Source: Macrostomum lignano (lineage: Eukaryota). Taken from it: DNA of 64,000 nucleotides. The notes below the pieces were generated by a model. The model saw only the letters and a program-made list of their open reading frames with translations. It was not told the DNA's origin and did no database searches. Position numbers and translations under genes: made by a program. The stretch spans positions 186,001-250,000 of the forward strand of contig NIVC01000981.1 in the NCBI GenBank assembly GCA_002269645.1, read 5' to 3'. This document shows, in pieces, positions 12,411 through 24,514 of the stretch (positions are counted from its first letter, which is position 1; every line of letters starts with the position of its first letter).

Positions 12411-13229
12411 GGCAAAAGTGTAGTTTCGTTCGCGAAATTATTTTTCGTTTAAATTTGAAAGTTCGAAACCAGAAAACAATAACAACGATAAAAATTGATG
12501 TTTTAAACCATTCTAACGATTGTGGCAGACACCATGGCATCCATCAGGTCGCGCGCATTTAGCTCTAGTTGCGGTAGAGCATTCGCTGGCAGCACTTCAT
12601 TCGACGGAATTATCCACGAGGGTCTTTGTGGTCGTCTAGCCATGATACAATATGTTGTCCAAAAGAAAAAGCAGATATTAGCAGCTTCTCAGCTAAAGGG
12701 AAACAGTTCAAGCCCCCCACTTGACCCAAACTATTTTTTCCATAGACAAATTGCATTTCAAGTAGCATTCGAGCGTGGCACAGATTTAATGAAAAAAGTA
12801 TACTAATAGAGCGCCCATTTGCTTTAAAGTTCCGTGACCAGTGAGCTCTGGCACAGTCGCTAGAACAGGGGCGTAGCCAGGATTTTTTTGGGGGTATCGG
12901 TTAGCTGTTATCAGAAAGCAAGGGCTTGAGATCCACATATCCCCTTAATGTATTTCTAGTGCATAATACATATAATTACTCTATTTGTTTGTTAATTGTT
13001 ATTCTTTCGATTTGGATACCTTTCTCTTCCTTAACGGTCACAATTGCAACTGAAAAAAAGGAAAAAAATGTTGCTTTGGAAATTTGGGGGTATTGGCCGA
13101 TATACCGATACCCCCCCTCGCTACGCCCCTGTGCTAGAATGGTTTAAAACATTGTTGCTATTGTTTTCTGGTTTCGAACTTTCAAATTTAAGCGAAAAAT
13201 AATTTCGCGAACGAAACTGCACTATTGCC
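12411..13229. mobile_element. Non-autonomous TIR element with GG termini and 8-bp TSD (Merlin-like; MULE not excluded)
   Basis: About 110-bp imperfect TIRs starting GGCAA; TATTTTCT duplicated at 12403-12410 and 13230-13237. Confidence 0.8.
12866..13131. mobile_element. hAT-type MITE nested in the right TIR of the Merlin-like element
   Basis: Termini CAGGGGCGTAGC and GCTACGCCCCTG; TSD CGCTAGAA/TGCTAGAA; same termini as 9968-10209. Confidence 0.85.
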
Positions 13230-13922
13230 TATTTTCTTTTAACTTTGTGATTATGGATTCTTTTAAGTGGTTTGAAGTTTGTACTTCAGTGATTGGCATG
13301 ATGTGATCCAGTATTGAAATTGGGTTTATTTGGTAGAGTTTAATAACCAAAGCAAATAAATAATATGCTTTAGGCCTAGTAAAATTTCTTTCTTTTTGGT
13401 TAAAATCATTTTTAGTTTTCTGAATATGTTGCAGAATTGAGCTTAAAGCCATTACCATTGAAGGTTTGTAGAAATAGAAAAAAATAGTACAACTTATATA
13501 TTATATAGAAAAACTTTTAGAGGCCAATTTTCTAATATTAACACTTACTATTTATAGGGAAATATAGAGATAATTTTTGCCAATAGGTAAATCACAAGGA
13601 CTCAAATAAGTAGAAAACTTTAGTCAACTTTTAGTTTGTGTGGCTTTTTCTTGTCGCTTTAATAGTATAGGCCCTAATACTCTGCTGTATTTTATAGCAA
13701 CATACCATATAGTAGTATAAATATACTTTTATACTGCTGACTTATTTAGAATCAATGATAATCTTTTGGCAGCCTTTGAAATACCCTAGATGACAATTAA
13801 GAAGAAGAATAAAATAGGCCTTTTCTAATTCTAAATATAGAAATTGACTTTACTTATAGGCCTATTTTCTGATTATGAAATCAGATTTGTAATCTAAATA
13901 TCTCTATATCTATAAACATATA

Positions 13923-15190
13923 CAAGGGTTGTTAGAAAAGTTCTGTGTATATTGTAATAACTTGAGAACAATAAACAGAAGAAACATGAAAAGTTACAAA
14001 TGTCTTCCTTAACATCTATTCACTCAAAGTATGAGCCTTCAGCTTCAATACACTTCTCCCAACGCTGCACTAGCCCATCAATGTTTGTAGTCATGCCATT
14101 GTTCGTTACGGCGGCAATGCCAGCCTTGTAGGCCTGATTCACGTCTTCCTCTATGCTAAAACACTGGCCTCGCATCGACTCCTTGATGCGAGGGAAGAGG
14201 AAAAAGTTGCATGGACTTAAGTCCGGGGAATAAGGCGGATGCGGAAGAATTTCCCACCCCCACGACTCAATCGTAGCCAGCACGCTTTGCTTTTGGTGCG
14301 GGGCTGCATTGTCGTGAAGCAGAATTGGGCCAGCCGCGTGAAGTGCAGGTCTTTTGTCCTGAATGGCACGCCAAACTTTCACCAAAACTGACAGGTAGAA
14401 ATCACCATTGACTGTCTGCCCCACTGGCACAGGCTGATCAAACAACAGACCCTCCTGGTTGAAGAAAGTCACGTGCATGACCTTCAGCTGGCCGATGCTC
14501 CGGATGGCCTTTTGAGGTCGCGGAGAACCTGGCCTGCACCAAGTGGCACTCTGCCGCTTCAACTCTGCCTCCCAAGAATGCGCCCAGGTTTCGTTGCAGG
14601 CAACGATCCTTTGCAAGAACGCCATGCCCTCCTGCCGACACCACTGCAGGTTGGATGCGCACATGGCGACCCGCCGAGCCCGCTAATCATCAGTGAGCAG
14701 ATGCGGCACCCACTTGGCACAGACCTTGCGCATCCCAAGGTCCTCGGTCAGGATCTTATGGACTGAGTTGTGGGACACCCCTAGTTCCCTATGGTATCAG
14801 CCAGCTGCCTGGTGGTCAGTCTCCGGTCCTGCAGCACGGCTGCCTCCACCTGACTCACTAGGCTGTCAGTCCAAGCACTCGTTGGTCGTCCACTGCGTGG
14901 CTTGTCGTCGAGGTCTTCTTTGCTGTTGCAAATGGCAATAGCCCAGCGGCGAATCGTCTCATAAGATGGGCAAAAGTCTCCTATGGTCTGCCGCATTTCT
15001 TCAAAAATCTCGGTTGCTGAATGCCCCTGAAGGACATGAAACTTGATGATCGCTCGATTGTCGCGTTTAGAAAAACTCTCTCGCGGGATGGAATGCACCA
15101 TGGGTGTGGTTGAAAAATTATTGCTATTTTGGCTAGAAATGATATGGTGCTCTAAAACTGAAGCTAGCGACTCTTTATATATGTATACAA
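13923..15190 (-). mobile_element. mariner (DD34D) element remnant with only one TIR recognisable
   Basis: TA followed by CAAGGGTTGTTAGAAAAGTT at 13923 resembles a mariner TIR downstream of the transposase. No matching TIR found at the 5' end, so that boundary is approximate. Confidence 0.7.
14020..15101 (-). pseudogene. mariner transposase pseudogene
   Basis: WVPHLL and YSPDLSP motifs; HDNA then 34 residues to the third catalytic position; first and third Asp replaced by Asn; two in-frame TAG stops. Confidence 0.93.
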
Positions 15191-15429
15191 GCTGTTGAAA
15201 CCCGCGGATTTTAAACCCGGGGAATTCCAATACCCGGAACTACTTTTGCATGTATTCTGAAATCTAAGGCCATACACAAACAAAAACTTGTTAATAGTTA
15301 GTAGGATAGAGGTAGACATAAAATGGAGCACATTCGTGTAAAATTAGGGTTTGAGACATTGTTGGCTGGGGTACTGCGCATAATGTCAGGCAATGTCTGT
15401 CTGACTCTAAAACATATATTGCTAAACTC

Positions 15430-15854
15430 TGGTCTCTCCCTGACTCTCCCTATGTCCCTTGGATCCTTTAAAATTTCTATCGTCTCTTTGTTTCCTCTCA
15501 TCTCTCTCATCCCTTGTCTCTCCTCTCTCCCCTCTTCTCTCGTATCTTCCCTCATCTCTCTTCTCTCTCTTCTCTCTTATCTCATCTCTTGTCTCTTCTT
15601 TTCTCTCTCCTCTCCTCTCTCCTCTCCTCTCTCCTCTCTCCCCTCTCCTCTCTCCTCTCACCCCCTCTTCTCTCTTATCTTCCTTCTCCTTTCTATTCTT
15701 TTCTCTCTTCTCTTAACTCTCTCCTCTACTCTCTCATCTCTCCCCTCTTCTCTCGTCTCTTCCCTCACCTCTTTTCTCTCTCGTCTTTGCTCTCTCATCT
15801 TTCCTTTCTCTTCTTTTATCTTTTCTCTCTTATCTCTTCTCATTTCTGTCTGCT

Positions 15855-15931
<77 letters not shown>
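15430..15931. repeat. CT-rich low-complexity tract ending in perfect (CT)n
   Basis: Directly visible in the sequence. Confidence 0.95.
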
Positions 15932-15935
<4 letters not shown>

Positions 15936-16545
15936 GCGGTCCTGAAAACTCCTGGTTGCCAAGGTGAGGGACGGCGTGGCACAGCACTGCGATGCCCCTG
16001 TACTGCCGGCCTTCACTAAAGGGAGGAGCCTTCGGGATCTACTCTGCCACAGCCAGCTCGAACCAGCTTCTGCCAATTGAGATCAGCTGTACAAAGGCTC
16101 CTTTACTGCTATTTTCCCCTCTGTGATTTTTTCATTGACTTTATTTCGATTTATTCAGATTATTTACCATATCTTCTGCTTTTTATTCATTTTTCTGACA
16201 CTGTGTACGGTGCACCTGCATTTTTGCTCTGAGCATTTAATAATTATTTTTATTTACCTTACCTATTTATTTCGCCATTTATTTTTACAATTTTTATTCT
16301 ACACTTAAAGGTCGTCTAGGCCCAATTGTACAGTTTTAGCCACCCCCGCTTTTCTCATAGTCTCCGACTCGTTTTAATGTACTGACCATGCGCACTGTTT
16401 TAAGTGCTTGAGCACATCAATTTATCGATCGTCTCTCCCTGGCGATATCGCCTTTATATTTTGACGGCAATTCGCGCCAAATAAACTTCACTCGCTTACA
16501 GCCCTGACGAAGAAATTTAATTTCGAAATATCGGCTACTCAATTT
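15932..16545 (+). mobile_element. Penelope-like element (PLE) 3' remnant: ORF tail, AT-rich UTR and hammerhead
   Basis: 15946-16080 translates KLLVAKVRDGVAQHCDAPVLPAFTKGRSLRDLLCHSQLEPASAN*, like the PLE post-RT linker motif PxxAxRRxxNLRDxLVxSxL. A minimal hammerhead lies about 420 nt downstream. Confidence 0.6.
16500..16536 (+). ncRNA. Minimal type I hammerhead ribozyme motif (PLE-associated, dimer type)
   Basis: AGCC-CTGACGA-A-[GAAAT tta ATTTC]-GAAA-TA-TC-GGCT: full core, 5-bp stem II, palindromic ATAT stem III, AUC site and 4-bp stem I. Confidence 0.72.
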
Positions 16546-16604
16546 AAATTGACTTTTTTCAGTCCTTTCTGACTTTCTACCGTGTCAGTGCCCGAGATTG
16601 GAGG

Positions 16605-17345
16605 CGCCCTCCTCTCTCTCTCTCTCTCTCCCTCTCTCTCTTCTCTGTCTTTCTCTCTTATCTCTCCTCCTCTCTCTACTCTCTTCTCCCCTCTCCATTC
16701 TCCTCTTTCCTCTCCTCTCTCCTCACTCACTTCTCTACCTTTGTCTCTCCTCTCTCCTCTCGTCTCTGTAACCTCTCCTCTGTTCTCTCTACTCTCCCAT
16801 CTTTTATCTGTTCACTCTCGTCTCTGCTCTCTCATCCCCCCTCTTTAATCTGGCATCTCTGTATTATATGTTCTCTCACCTCTCTCTCTTTTCTTTCCCC
16901 TCTTTTGACTCCTCACTTTCCTTTCTCCTTTCTTCTTTTCTCTTCTCTTCCCTTTTCTATACTCTGTCTCCCTCTCTTCTCTCACTCCACTCTCCTCTCT
17001 CCGTTATCTCTCATCTCTCATTTCTCATCTCTCCTTCCACCTCTCTCATCTCTACAACCTTAGAGATGTAGAGATGTATCTTTATCTCTTCTCTCTTCCC
17101 TTTACTCTCTCATCTCTTCTTTCACCTGTTTCCTCTCTGCTCTCCTCTCTGCTGTCTCCTCTCTCCTCTCATCTGCAGCTCTCTGCTCTCTTATCTCTAC
17201 TCTCTCCTCTCGCTTTTCCTCTCTCCCCTCTTCTCCCCCTCTCTCTCATCGTCCTCAGCCCCTCATCTCTCCTATTATCTTTTATCTTTTCTTTTATCCC
17301 CTCTGTCGCTTCTCCTCTCTTCGAATAGTCTATTCCTTCTCTCCA
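16605..17345. repeat. CT-rich low-complexity tract
   Basis: Directly visible in the sequence. Confidence 0.9.
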
Positions 17346-17989
17346 CTCTCAACTGCCCCCTCAGCCATAAGCTGGATTCTTTTCTGGCCTTTGAGGTAAA
17401 AGTATGCCCATTCCTGCTTGGAAAGCCAGTTTGTGGGACATAGTACTCTCATGGCTGTTCTCATGCTTTGATCATGTCATCTTTCTTGCCAATTTGCAAG
17501 CCCTGAAGAGAATTTGTGTATCTTCAGCTCCACTGCAGTCTGCATCAGTCTAACAACCAAGGAAATACGCATTTCTTAGGAGGCCATTTAAATTTTAAAG
17601 TACCTTATGCGAATCTTAATGTTAAAATTTTCATGGTGTAACTAATTTAGTAGGATTGCATTGTAGTAAGTTATTCATTAATTTTTCGCTATTTTTACAA
17701 ACCATCCCGCATCGCCTTGATTTGCCTGTTTGCCATCTACTGTTAAACTGCTGCAGACTTGTGTCTATACAGAGGACAGTGGTTTGAATCTCTTGCTGAA
17801 ACTGTCTCTCCTCTCCACGCCTCTCCACTAATGGGGGTGCAGAGAAGGCTATAAATAAAGTTATTCCAAAACACTGTACATTTGCTATGTACATTCAGTC
17901 CTATCGCCTGACCCTTCGTCTGGCTCTGGGGGAATGAGTGAGTGAGTGGCACAAACAACAGAAAAAGCAGACAAACTTCACATGCTTAC

Positions 17990-18575
17990 AGTTTCCGTCC
18001 TGATTGAGTTAGAGAGTTGAAACTTTACATTTAGATAGAGAATAAGTCAATAAAGAATTGTGTCAAGTTTGAAGTCAATCGCTTTACTTGGAGCAAACTT
18101 ATGGCAGCTGAAAGTTAGTCAATTTTGAAACCCTTCTATAAATCTGGGCCCAGATCGGGATCGGGAAAGAGAGGCAGGCGGGCGGAGGTTGGGGTGGCTG
18201 CCTCGCTGAAAAAAAGCAGACTAACTTTAAAAGTGCATAGCGCCGTTCAGGATTAACTTTGAGATTTGAAATTTTACACGATTGTGTCAAAATAGTTTAA
18301 AATTGCCTGTGTCAAATTTGAAGAGAATCGGTAGAAGTGGAGCGGCGCTATGGAGAATTTAGTGAAAAAATCACGCATTTTGAGCAGTTTTTTGTACTTT
18401 TAGGTAGGAAGACTTGAGTCTAGGAAATTAAAAGGTAGCCTAAGACATTCTCCGTAGTAAGTTTAGGGTGGGTGTAAAGTTTGGTGTCATTTGGTTGAGC
18501 GGTTTGGGAGTCCATAGCGAAGTAATTTGTCCACAGACAGACAGACAGAGTTTTGATTTTTATAGGTAGAGATAT
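17990..18575 (+). mobile_element. Possible Helitron/Helentron-associated non-autonomous element (DINE/HINE-like)
   Basis: Three GTGTCAAATTTGAAG...ATCGG-like blocks, then (ACAG)n and TTTTTATAGGTAGAGA, a layout typical of these elements. Boundaries uncertain. Confidence 0.4.
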
Positions 18576-19557
18576 CTATGGCTAAAACCCCAACTCTTCA
18601 GCTATTCATAGAGCTGAGCTATTCTCTAATACAAAACTTTTCTGACGACCCTAGTACATGTATTGAGTTTAAAAAGATCATTTTTTAGCTTGGTAAGATT
18701 GCTATCTCCATTTTTGCCTAGATTTTAGGTCTAGAATAGATCATTTTACCTATAGCTACTATTCTATATATTATTGAGTATATTCATGTTTATGTCTAAA
18801 ATAGAATTTCTATGTACTTTACACCTTTGTAACCACCTTTAAAATCTATAGAATACATAAGAATAAAGTTGTATTACTATTAGTTATAATACAAAGAATA
18901 GGCAAATATTTCTTTTTACATTTATCAATTCCTTATTTAGAAAAAGCTATCACCAAGCAAAAGTGGTTTGGCATCTATTTTTCCTAATCTATAATAGTGT
19001 ATTATTAATAAGCAGAGCTGACCATGGACCAACAGCCTTTACTGCTGGTAATTTTTTGGAGTCTATGGTAAAAGAAAAGTTATCTGCTACATAGTAGCTA
19101 TTCTTGCTGAGTATGGTCAGCAATGCTGATCATACAAAAAATAGGTGAAAAAGTCCTAGTTATTTGCAATGTAATATACCAACTTGGTTTCAGCATTCTC
19201 TGTGATGATGTCATCAGTCTCAGAATCAAATGTATGCAAAATGTCCATGGTTGTAGCTGATTTAATTTTCAATAAAATTATGCACTGCTTTAATTGAGTA
19301 CTTATTAAGTAGGTATAGTGGTTTCTCTTTCAAAAAGGCATGCTTGTAGATTTTAAAGTGAACCATAGATTGTGTCTATACTCTATAGCTAGATATTGAG
19401 TATATACACTGTGTAATCTATTTAAAAAAAAACATTAAGTAAAATGCACTTTGAAACTATTTTTTTCATCCCTATGTTTGTCCAAGCTAAGTTTAAAATG
19501 CTCCTTTCTAAGCTAGAAAGGCTTTGCACAAGGGCACAATAAGATTCTACCTATGGT

Positions 19558-19699
19558 CAGTAGCGCAACCAGAAATTTTTCAAGGGGGGGGGGGTGGATT
19601 CTGAGGGTAAAGTCCCGGGAAAGGGGGCGGCAGAGGGGTGGCTCTGTTTTTGGCGAAAATTCGCTTGGTCCCCCTTTGATTTTTTTTGGTCCCTAACTG
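19558..19699. mobile_element. Short hAT-type MITE
   Basis: CAGT...ACTG termini with perfect 8-bp TSD CCTATGGT (19550-19557 and 19700-19707); TIRs otherwise decayed. Confidence 0.7.
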
Positions 19700-20928
19700 C
19701 CTATGGTCTATGGTTAGCCTAGCTGACCATGCTGGCAAGAATGGAGCTTTTGTATTTCTAGCTCTAGTGTGAAAGGGTTAAAGCTATATTAATAGCCTTA
19801 ATACTATATCAGCTCTATATTTTATACTAATATGTTTGACTGATGTCATTTTAATTTTCAATTTTAAAATAGCCTATTTGTTGTATAAGAAAATTCTACA
19901 TTGATTTATATAAGTCCTGCATTTGAGTTGCCAGCTATCTAGGAGAAGATACACATTAAGCCCAATTGGTTCACCTAGCTTTAGATATAAGATACTAATG
20001 GTATACTATAGTATAGTATTTTATAAATACTAATGGTGCTAAAATTATGCCATAGCTAAAGTTTAGATAGTATCATATGAGATTTTTGAAACTCAAGATT
20101 TGCACTCTAGAGATAATCAAGAATTTAGATTAGGTCTAATTGTCTAATTAGCATCTAGTCGGCCAATTTATACTAATTAATCTATTAATGCTAATATTTT
20201 TAATTGTTAAAGTGTACCATGAAGGAAGAATGCTTATTTAACATTGAGCTTGTTAATAACTTAATCTAAATATATCTTTATTTATATCTATAGCAAACTG
20301 TTTTCCTGTAATTTACCTTAATATTTAATGATATTAAATCCAACATTGCCAATACTTACTTTATAATTAACATTAAAATAATCAGGAAGTAAAGAATAAT
20401 AGCAATTATTTAACTTATTCATTAAATGTTTTTAGTAAAATGTTTGGAATAATTGCTATGATTGCATTCATCTTAACTTTAGTCCATATTAGAGATTTAG
20501 TATATGGTGATTATCTCCAAATAATACAATGTGCATATGGCATAAAATCTCTATTGCTTGAATCCTCAACCCTAGGGACTTTAAGGTTCCTATCATAAAA
20601 GGCTTGGAAGCTAGCAAAATTCAGTAACTTTCAATGCAGAAAAAGAAATAACAGTAGTTTCTTGTTATTTCTTTGTCCAATTAATAGGAAATACAACTTA
20701 AAGAAATAATGTGCAGCTATGTTCGATGATATATGATTGTTGTAGTTTAGTGCCATGAACAGGATTTTTGTAGGAAACATGGCCCGTCTCAGTCAGCACC
20801 TGGCATAATGACTGGCACACAATTATCCTGCAGAAATTATTGTTGCTTTAAGATGAAAATGAGTATGTCCAATAGATAACATTGTAAAGAGAAAAATTGT
20901 ATTCTGAATACAATACCAACAGCCAGTC

Positions 20929-21516
20929 ATGAAGTTCGGCATGCGCAGCCGATTAAAGTCTGGCGGTCAGGCGCGCCTATTTGAATTCTTCTACGAGCTG
21001 CATCGCAACAGCCCGGGAGCTGATCCCGTGTCAGAGTTTCGCTACTGCCCACTTGACGTCAGTTTAAATGTGCTTGAAGAGTGGGAGAAGCGCATAGTGG
21101 AGTACGCCATGCCCAGTTGGTATGAATTCGATCACCTCTCCGACTCTCTGTGCAGCGTATTCACTGACATCAATTCCGTGTTCACATTCCTATTTGTGAA
21201 ATATTATCGAGACGAGGATAATGCTAATGGTCTGCGCTGTTTAGCCATTGTGTCGCATCATCCTCTGTTCGAAGTGTTTCCGGAACTGTTGCAGTGTCTG
21301 TCTCACCTGTTGGTGCACAAATCTAGTAGGAATCTGTCTATGGTTAAGGGTGCCCTGACCAAACTGGCTGCCTGCGATAAACTGCGGCCTTCAGCCACCC
21401 TGACTGACCTGGCTGGGGTCAGCTTTCAACACTTCGTGCTGCGACGTACTGCGCCTCCAGACAATCAACTGCCCGGCCTGACTCAGTGCAGTCCGCTGAT
21501 GGAGCTGTTCAATAAG
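20929..21516 (+). CDS. DENN-domain protein (DENND1/DENND2-like Rab GEF), exon 1 (uDENN and start of cDENN)
   Basis: ARLFEFFY...FTFLF...CLAIVSHHPLFEVFPELL; gttggt donor, phase 0. Confidence 0.8.
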
Positions 21517-21584
21517 GTTGGTGGACTCTGGAAAGGATACGGAGATTGAGTTGTTTTCTAGGAATCCGGATAGCAACCCCGAGC

Positions 21585-21915
21585 TGAAAGCTAGCTACCC
21601 GGTAAAGCAACCAGTAATCAGGGTTTTATCTACCCGGTAATCAGGGGTTTAGCCAACCGGTAAGGCAACGGGTAATCAGAGGTTTAGCCAACCGGTAAGG
21701 CAACGGGTAATCAGAGGTTTAGCCAACCGGTAAGGCAACGGGTAATCAGGGTTTAGCTACCAGGTAATCAGTGTTTAGCCAACCGGTAAGGCAACGGGTA
21801 ATCAGGGTTTAGCTACCAGGTAATCAGTGTTTAGCCAACCGGTAAGGCAACGGGTAATCAGGGTTTAGCTAACCTTTAAGGCAATGGGTAATCATTGGTT
21901 TAGCTACCCGGTAAA
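21585..21915. repeat. Intronic minisatellite, about 35 bp unit AGCCAACCGGTAAGGCAACGGGTAATCAGAGGTTT
   Basis: About 9 variant copies. Confidence 0.9.
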
Positions 21916-22451
21916 TTAACCAGAAGCAGTGGGTGAGGCAGGCACATCAGTTTTTATCTCTAATTACGTAGTTTTGTGCTGGTTTAATCTAGAATGTCGA
22001 CTTTTTACCATCGAAATAAGGTTTAATTTCTCTCTTTCTGTCGCAGTTATCTTTTAGCGCATTTAATACATTTAACATTTCTGCTTTGTAAACCGTGATG
22101 TTTGCCTAACTTACTACGTCGTAATCACAACAACTATATTAAGAGTTAGTTCAAATAACTTCTTGGTTCATACTCCTAGTTCTGTACATGTAGATATACC
22201 GTATCATAAATCTCTGTGTCAACAAATGCAATCTTTGGAATAACGGCTTTATCTATGCACTCTCCGCATCAAGTCACCACTGACAATGTGCTAATAAGAC
22301 TGACTGCTTGAGATAGTAAAGCTACGACTTTGTTCTGTGGGCTATTTTTAACTACACAGCAGAACACAAGTGCTTGGAATGTTTTGAACTAACTAACTAC
22401 TTTAGTTTTAATTAAATTGTGTCTTCTATGCATCTATGGTAAAGATCTAAC

Positions 22452-23765
22452 CCTCTCCCTCCTCTGACCCTCTCCCTCCTCTGACCCTCTCCCTCCTCTG
22501 ACCCTCTCTCCCTCCTCTGACCCTCTCTCCCTCCTCTGACCCTCTCCCTCCTCTGACCCTCTCTCCCTCCTCTGACCCTCTCCCTCCTCTGACCCTCTCT
22601 CCCTCCTCTGACCCTCTCCCTCCTCTGACCCTCTCTCCCTCCTCTGACCCTCTCCCTCCTCTGATCCTCTCCCTCCTCTGATCCTCCCTCTGATCCTCCC
22701 TCCTCTAATCCTCCCTCTGATCCTCCCTCCTCTGATCCTCTCCTCCTCTGATCCTCCCTCCTCTGATCCTCCCTCCTCTGACCCTCTCTCCCTCCTCTGA
22801 CCCTCTCCCTCCTCTGACCCTCACTCCCTCCTCTGACCCTCTCCCTCCTCTGATCCTCTCCCTCTTCTGATCCTCCCTCTGATCCTCCCCCTCTGATCCT
22901 CTCTCTGATCCTCCCTCGTCTAATCCTCCCTCTGATCCTCCCTCCTCTGATCCTCCCTCCTCTGATCCTCTCCTCCTCTGATCCTCCCTCCTCTGATCCT
23001 CCCTCCTCTGATCCTCCCTCCTCTGATCCTCCCTCCTCTGATCCTCTCCTCCTCTGATCCTCCCCTCCTCTGATCCTCCCTCTGATCCTCTCCTCCTCTG
23101 ATCCTCCCTCCTCTGACCCTCTCCCTCCTCTGATCCTCTCCTCCTCTGATCCTCTCCCTCCTCTGATCCTCTCCCTCCTCTGATCCTCTCCCTCCTCTGA
23201 TCCTCCCTCCTCTGATCCTCCCTCCTCTGACCCTCTCCCTCCTCTGATCCTCCCCTCCTCTGATCCTCCCTCTGATCCTCCCTCCTCTGATCCTCTCCTC
23301 CTCTGATCCTCTCCCTCCTCTGATCCTCTCCTCCTCTGATCCTCTCCCTCCTCTGATCCTCTCCCTCCTCTGATCCTCCCTCCTCTGATCCTCCCTCCTC
23401 TGATCCTCCCTCCTCTGACCCTCTCCCTCCTCTGATCCTCCCCTCCTCTGATCCTCCCTCTGATCCTCTCCTCCTCTGATCCTCCCTCTGATCCTCTCCT
23501 CCTCTGATCCTCCCTCTGCTCCTCTCCTCTGATCCTCCCCTCCTCTGATCCTCCCTCTGATCCTCTCCTCCTCTGATCCTCCCTCCTCTGATCCTCCCTC
23601 CTCTGCTCCTCTCCTCTGATCCTCCCCTCCTCTGATCCTCCCTCTGATCCTCTCCTCCTCTGATCCTCTCCTCCTCTGATCCTCCCTCCTCTAATCCTCC
23701 CTCTGATCCTCCCTCCTCTAATCCTCCCTCTGATCCTCCCTCCTCTGACCCTCTCCCTCCTCTGG
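22452..23765. repeat. Intronic pyrimidine-rich minisatellite, 12-19 bp units (CTCTGATCCTCCCTC)
   Basis: Directly visible in the sequence. Confidence 0.95.
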
Positions 23766-23913
23766 GCCTCTCTGCCTCCATTGAACTTCTCTCCACTCTT
23801 ATTCTGTTGAACTTCAAACCATCGCTTCCTTATTTAGTTGTTAAAATCTGATCCTAAACCTCGTGTATTACCCCACCTTAATCTCACTTGCCCATCTTGA
23901 ACTCTCAATCCAG

Positions 23914-24491
23914 GTGAGCTGTGCAGACACCCTGGTATTCATTCTGGCCGCGATGCTTATAGAAAAGAAGATATTGTTCGTTGGCAAGCGGCTTCGCCAA
24001 TTGAGTCTATCAGTGATGGGGCTCGTGTCGCTGCTCTACCCAATGTCCTGGGAGCACCTGCTGGTACCGACTCTATCCGACTCCAATATCGACCACATTG
24101 GCTGTCTGGTTCCCTACATCTTCGGTCTGGCCCAGCCTCTCTACTTAGCCAACGAGAAACAGATTGAAGCGAACTTCTCCGATCCCGATTTTATTCGAGT
24201 TGACTTCGAGTCTGGCGATATTTTTATGGCCCAAACCGATGGCGAACCTGACGAGCCCAGCCTGCCGACTTCTCTGGTTAAACGGGCGAAAAAGTCTTTA
24301 AAGCAATTGCAACTGCCTGCTGGCAGCAAGCAACAGGCTCCGGTGGCTGATACGCATTTCTCTCAGACTTTTCTGCGCATCAATGCAGAGCTATTGGCAC
24401 CGTTGAGGGCTCTGGCTATTAGAGGTGAACCGTTCGATGATGAGCAGTATCTGAAGCTTAGTCCGGATAGTTATCACAGCTTTCTGCGAAG
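23914..24491 (+). CDS. DENN-domain protein, exon 2 (cDENN/dDENN)
   Basis: ILAAMLIEKKILF...LVSLLYPMSWEHLLVPTL...LVPYIFG matches the core DENN pattern; tccag acceptor and gtaatt donor, phase 0 to 2. Confidence 0.9.
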
Positions 24492-24514
24492 GTAATTAGA
24501 ATTTGCATTAGCAT

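Noticed and set aside
17631-17958. Short minus-strand ORFs
   Set aside because: No recognisable motif, no consistent splice sites and no partner exons.
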